From: Octopus sinensis
Taxonomy: Eukaryota
NCBI RefSeq assembly: GCF_006345805.1
Contig: NC_043009.1
Coordinates: 61,690,001 to 61,754,000 of the forward strand
Direction: 5' to 3'
Length of the DNA stretch: 64,000 nt
Position 1 is the first letter of the stretch. Every line of letters begins with the position of its first letter. A model generated the notes under the pieces. It was given only the letters and a program-made list of their open reading frames with translations. It was not told the origin of the DNA and searched no databases. Positions 62,743-64,000 of this stretch are shown here, piece after piece. The translations under genes were made by a program, and so were the position numbers.

Positions 62743-64000
62743 AATATATATGACAAGCTTCTTTCAGTTTCCATCTACCAAATCCACTCACAAGGCTTTG
62801 GTTGGCCCGAGGCTATAGCAGAAGACACTTGCCCAAGGTGTCATGCATTGGGACTGAACCCGGAACCATGTGGTTGGTAAGCAAACTACTTACCACACAG
62901 TCACTCCTGCACCTACTTGATGCTGAAGAAGGAGCAAGAACTCCAGAAATATGCTTCTACACCCATCACCCATTTTTCTATCCTCAATCGCATCGTTTAC
63001 ATGGGCGTATTTGTATACAAAATGTCATAACAGATCAGTGTTGGTTCTAATTTCTATCGAAAATCTGTAACATTAAAAGCCGTTGACAACTTATACTAGC
63101 AACTTAACTTCTATTATAGCAATCAATAAAATCCTGAGCCTGTCTTAGTGGCAGAATCTAGTAATTGTGGCATCTCAATGACGGCTCAGTGATAACTTAG
63201 TGATTTTAATTATATCCTAGGATTGTGGAATTTTGTGTAATTGGTAAGAATCAACTGAATTCAGCAGCTGATCTTGTTTCCTGGCCAAAATAGATAGTCC
63301 ACATAGTCAGTCAGTCTATATATATACATACATATATATATATATAGATATATAATTACTTTCCATTTCAGTCATAAAAAAGGATTTATAAATAGAAATG
63401 GCAGATTAAGTCTTGAAAGAGTTAGTCAGATAAGCTGGAAGCTTCTTTTAATTTCAACATTTCAAAAGAAAAGCTGTGTGGCATGATGGAGATTTTGGTT
63501 GGCGATGAAGACAAATCTCTAGTAATGCTTCAAAATAAGAAAAATAAAGCAAAACGAAATTAATTTGAAGATACCTTTAAATATTCAGAATTAGTTTTTA
63601 ATCAACATTATAAGTAATCAACAACTATAAATATCTCCTATTTCTACTAAATTACTTGGCACTTAACCATAACAGCGCAATGGCTACTATATATATATAT
63701 ATAAACACAAACACACATGCAAATAACTATTCTAACAGTAAACTCTGTTAATGCATTAACCTTTGCGGTTACTGGTTGCAATGTGTAGTGGATATTACTA
63801 TATATAGCTATTATCCCTGTTGTCAGGATGTTAACCATGTCAAACGTCCATAGCAACTGGCGGTATTGTGTATAGGTCACTACAGCTATATATAGGTATT
63901 ACTAACCTTGTTATTAACAAACTGAAAATGATGAGCAAAACTAAACAGAGTAGTTTTGAGAATCTATGAATATTTCTTAATCAGCTTTCTCTACAACAGC

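Overview
AT-rich, repeat-dense eukaryotic genomic DNA; the SINE, LINE and microsatellite landscape suggests a coleoid cephalopod, probably Octopus (recognition from memory, not a database result). One host gene is present: a Cables (CDK5 and ABL1 enzyme substrate) orthologue on the minus strand. I reconstructed ten GT-AG exons between 27017 and 522 whose phases all match (949 nt, 316 complete codons), running into the cyclin-box-like C-terminus. I did not find the N-terminal exon(s), so 27018-64000 appears to be one large intron (>37 kb); the last exon(s) lie left of position 1. The rest is transposon-derived: several tRNA-derived or LINE-tailed SINE families, CR1, RTE, L1/Tx1, R4/Dong and Penelope fragments, two defective full-length Tc1/mariner elements (DD37D and DD34D), hAT, piggyBac and mariner MITEs, a non-autonomous Helitron and Helentron-like elements, plus old minisatellites. 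The most interesting signals are structural: a minimal hammerhead-ribozyme-like motif, a hairpin covering the 5' splice site of a frame-preserving exon, an intronic segment complementary to an exon, several inverted repeats that could make dsRNA, and a 35-bp templated insertion inside a mariner. I found no convincing new multi-gene system; most ORFs in the supplied track are repeat artefacts.
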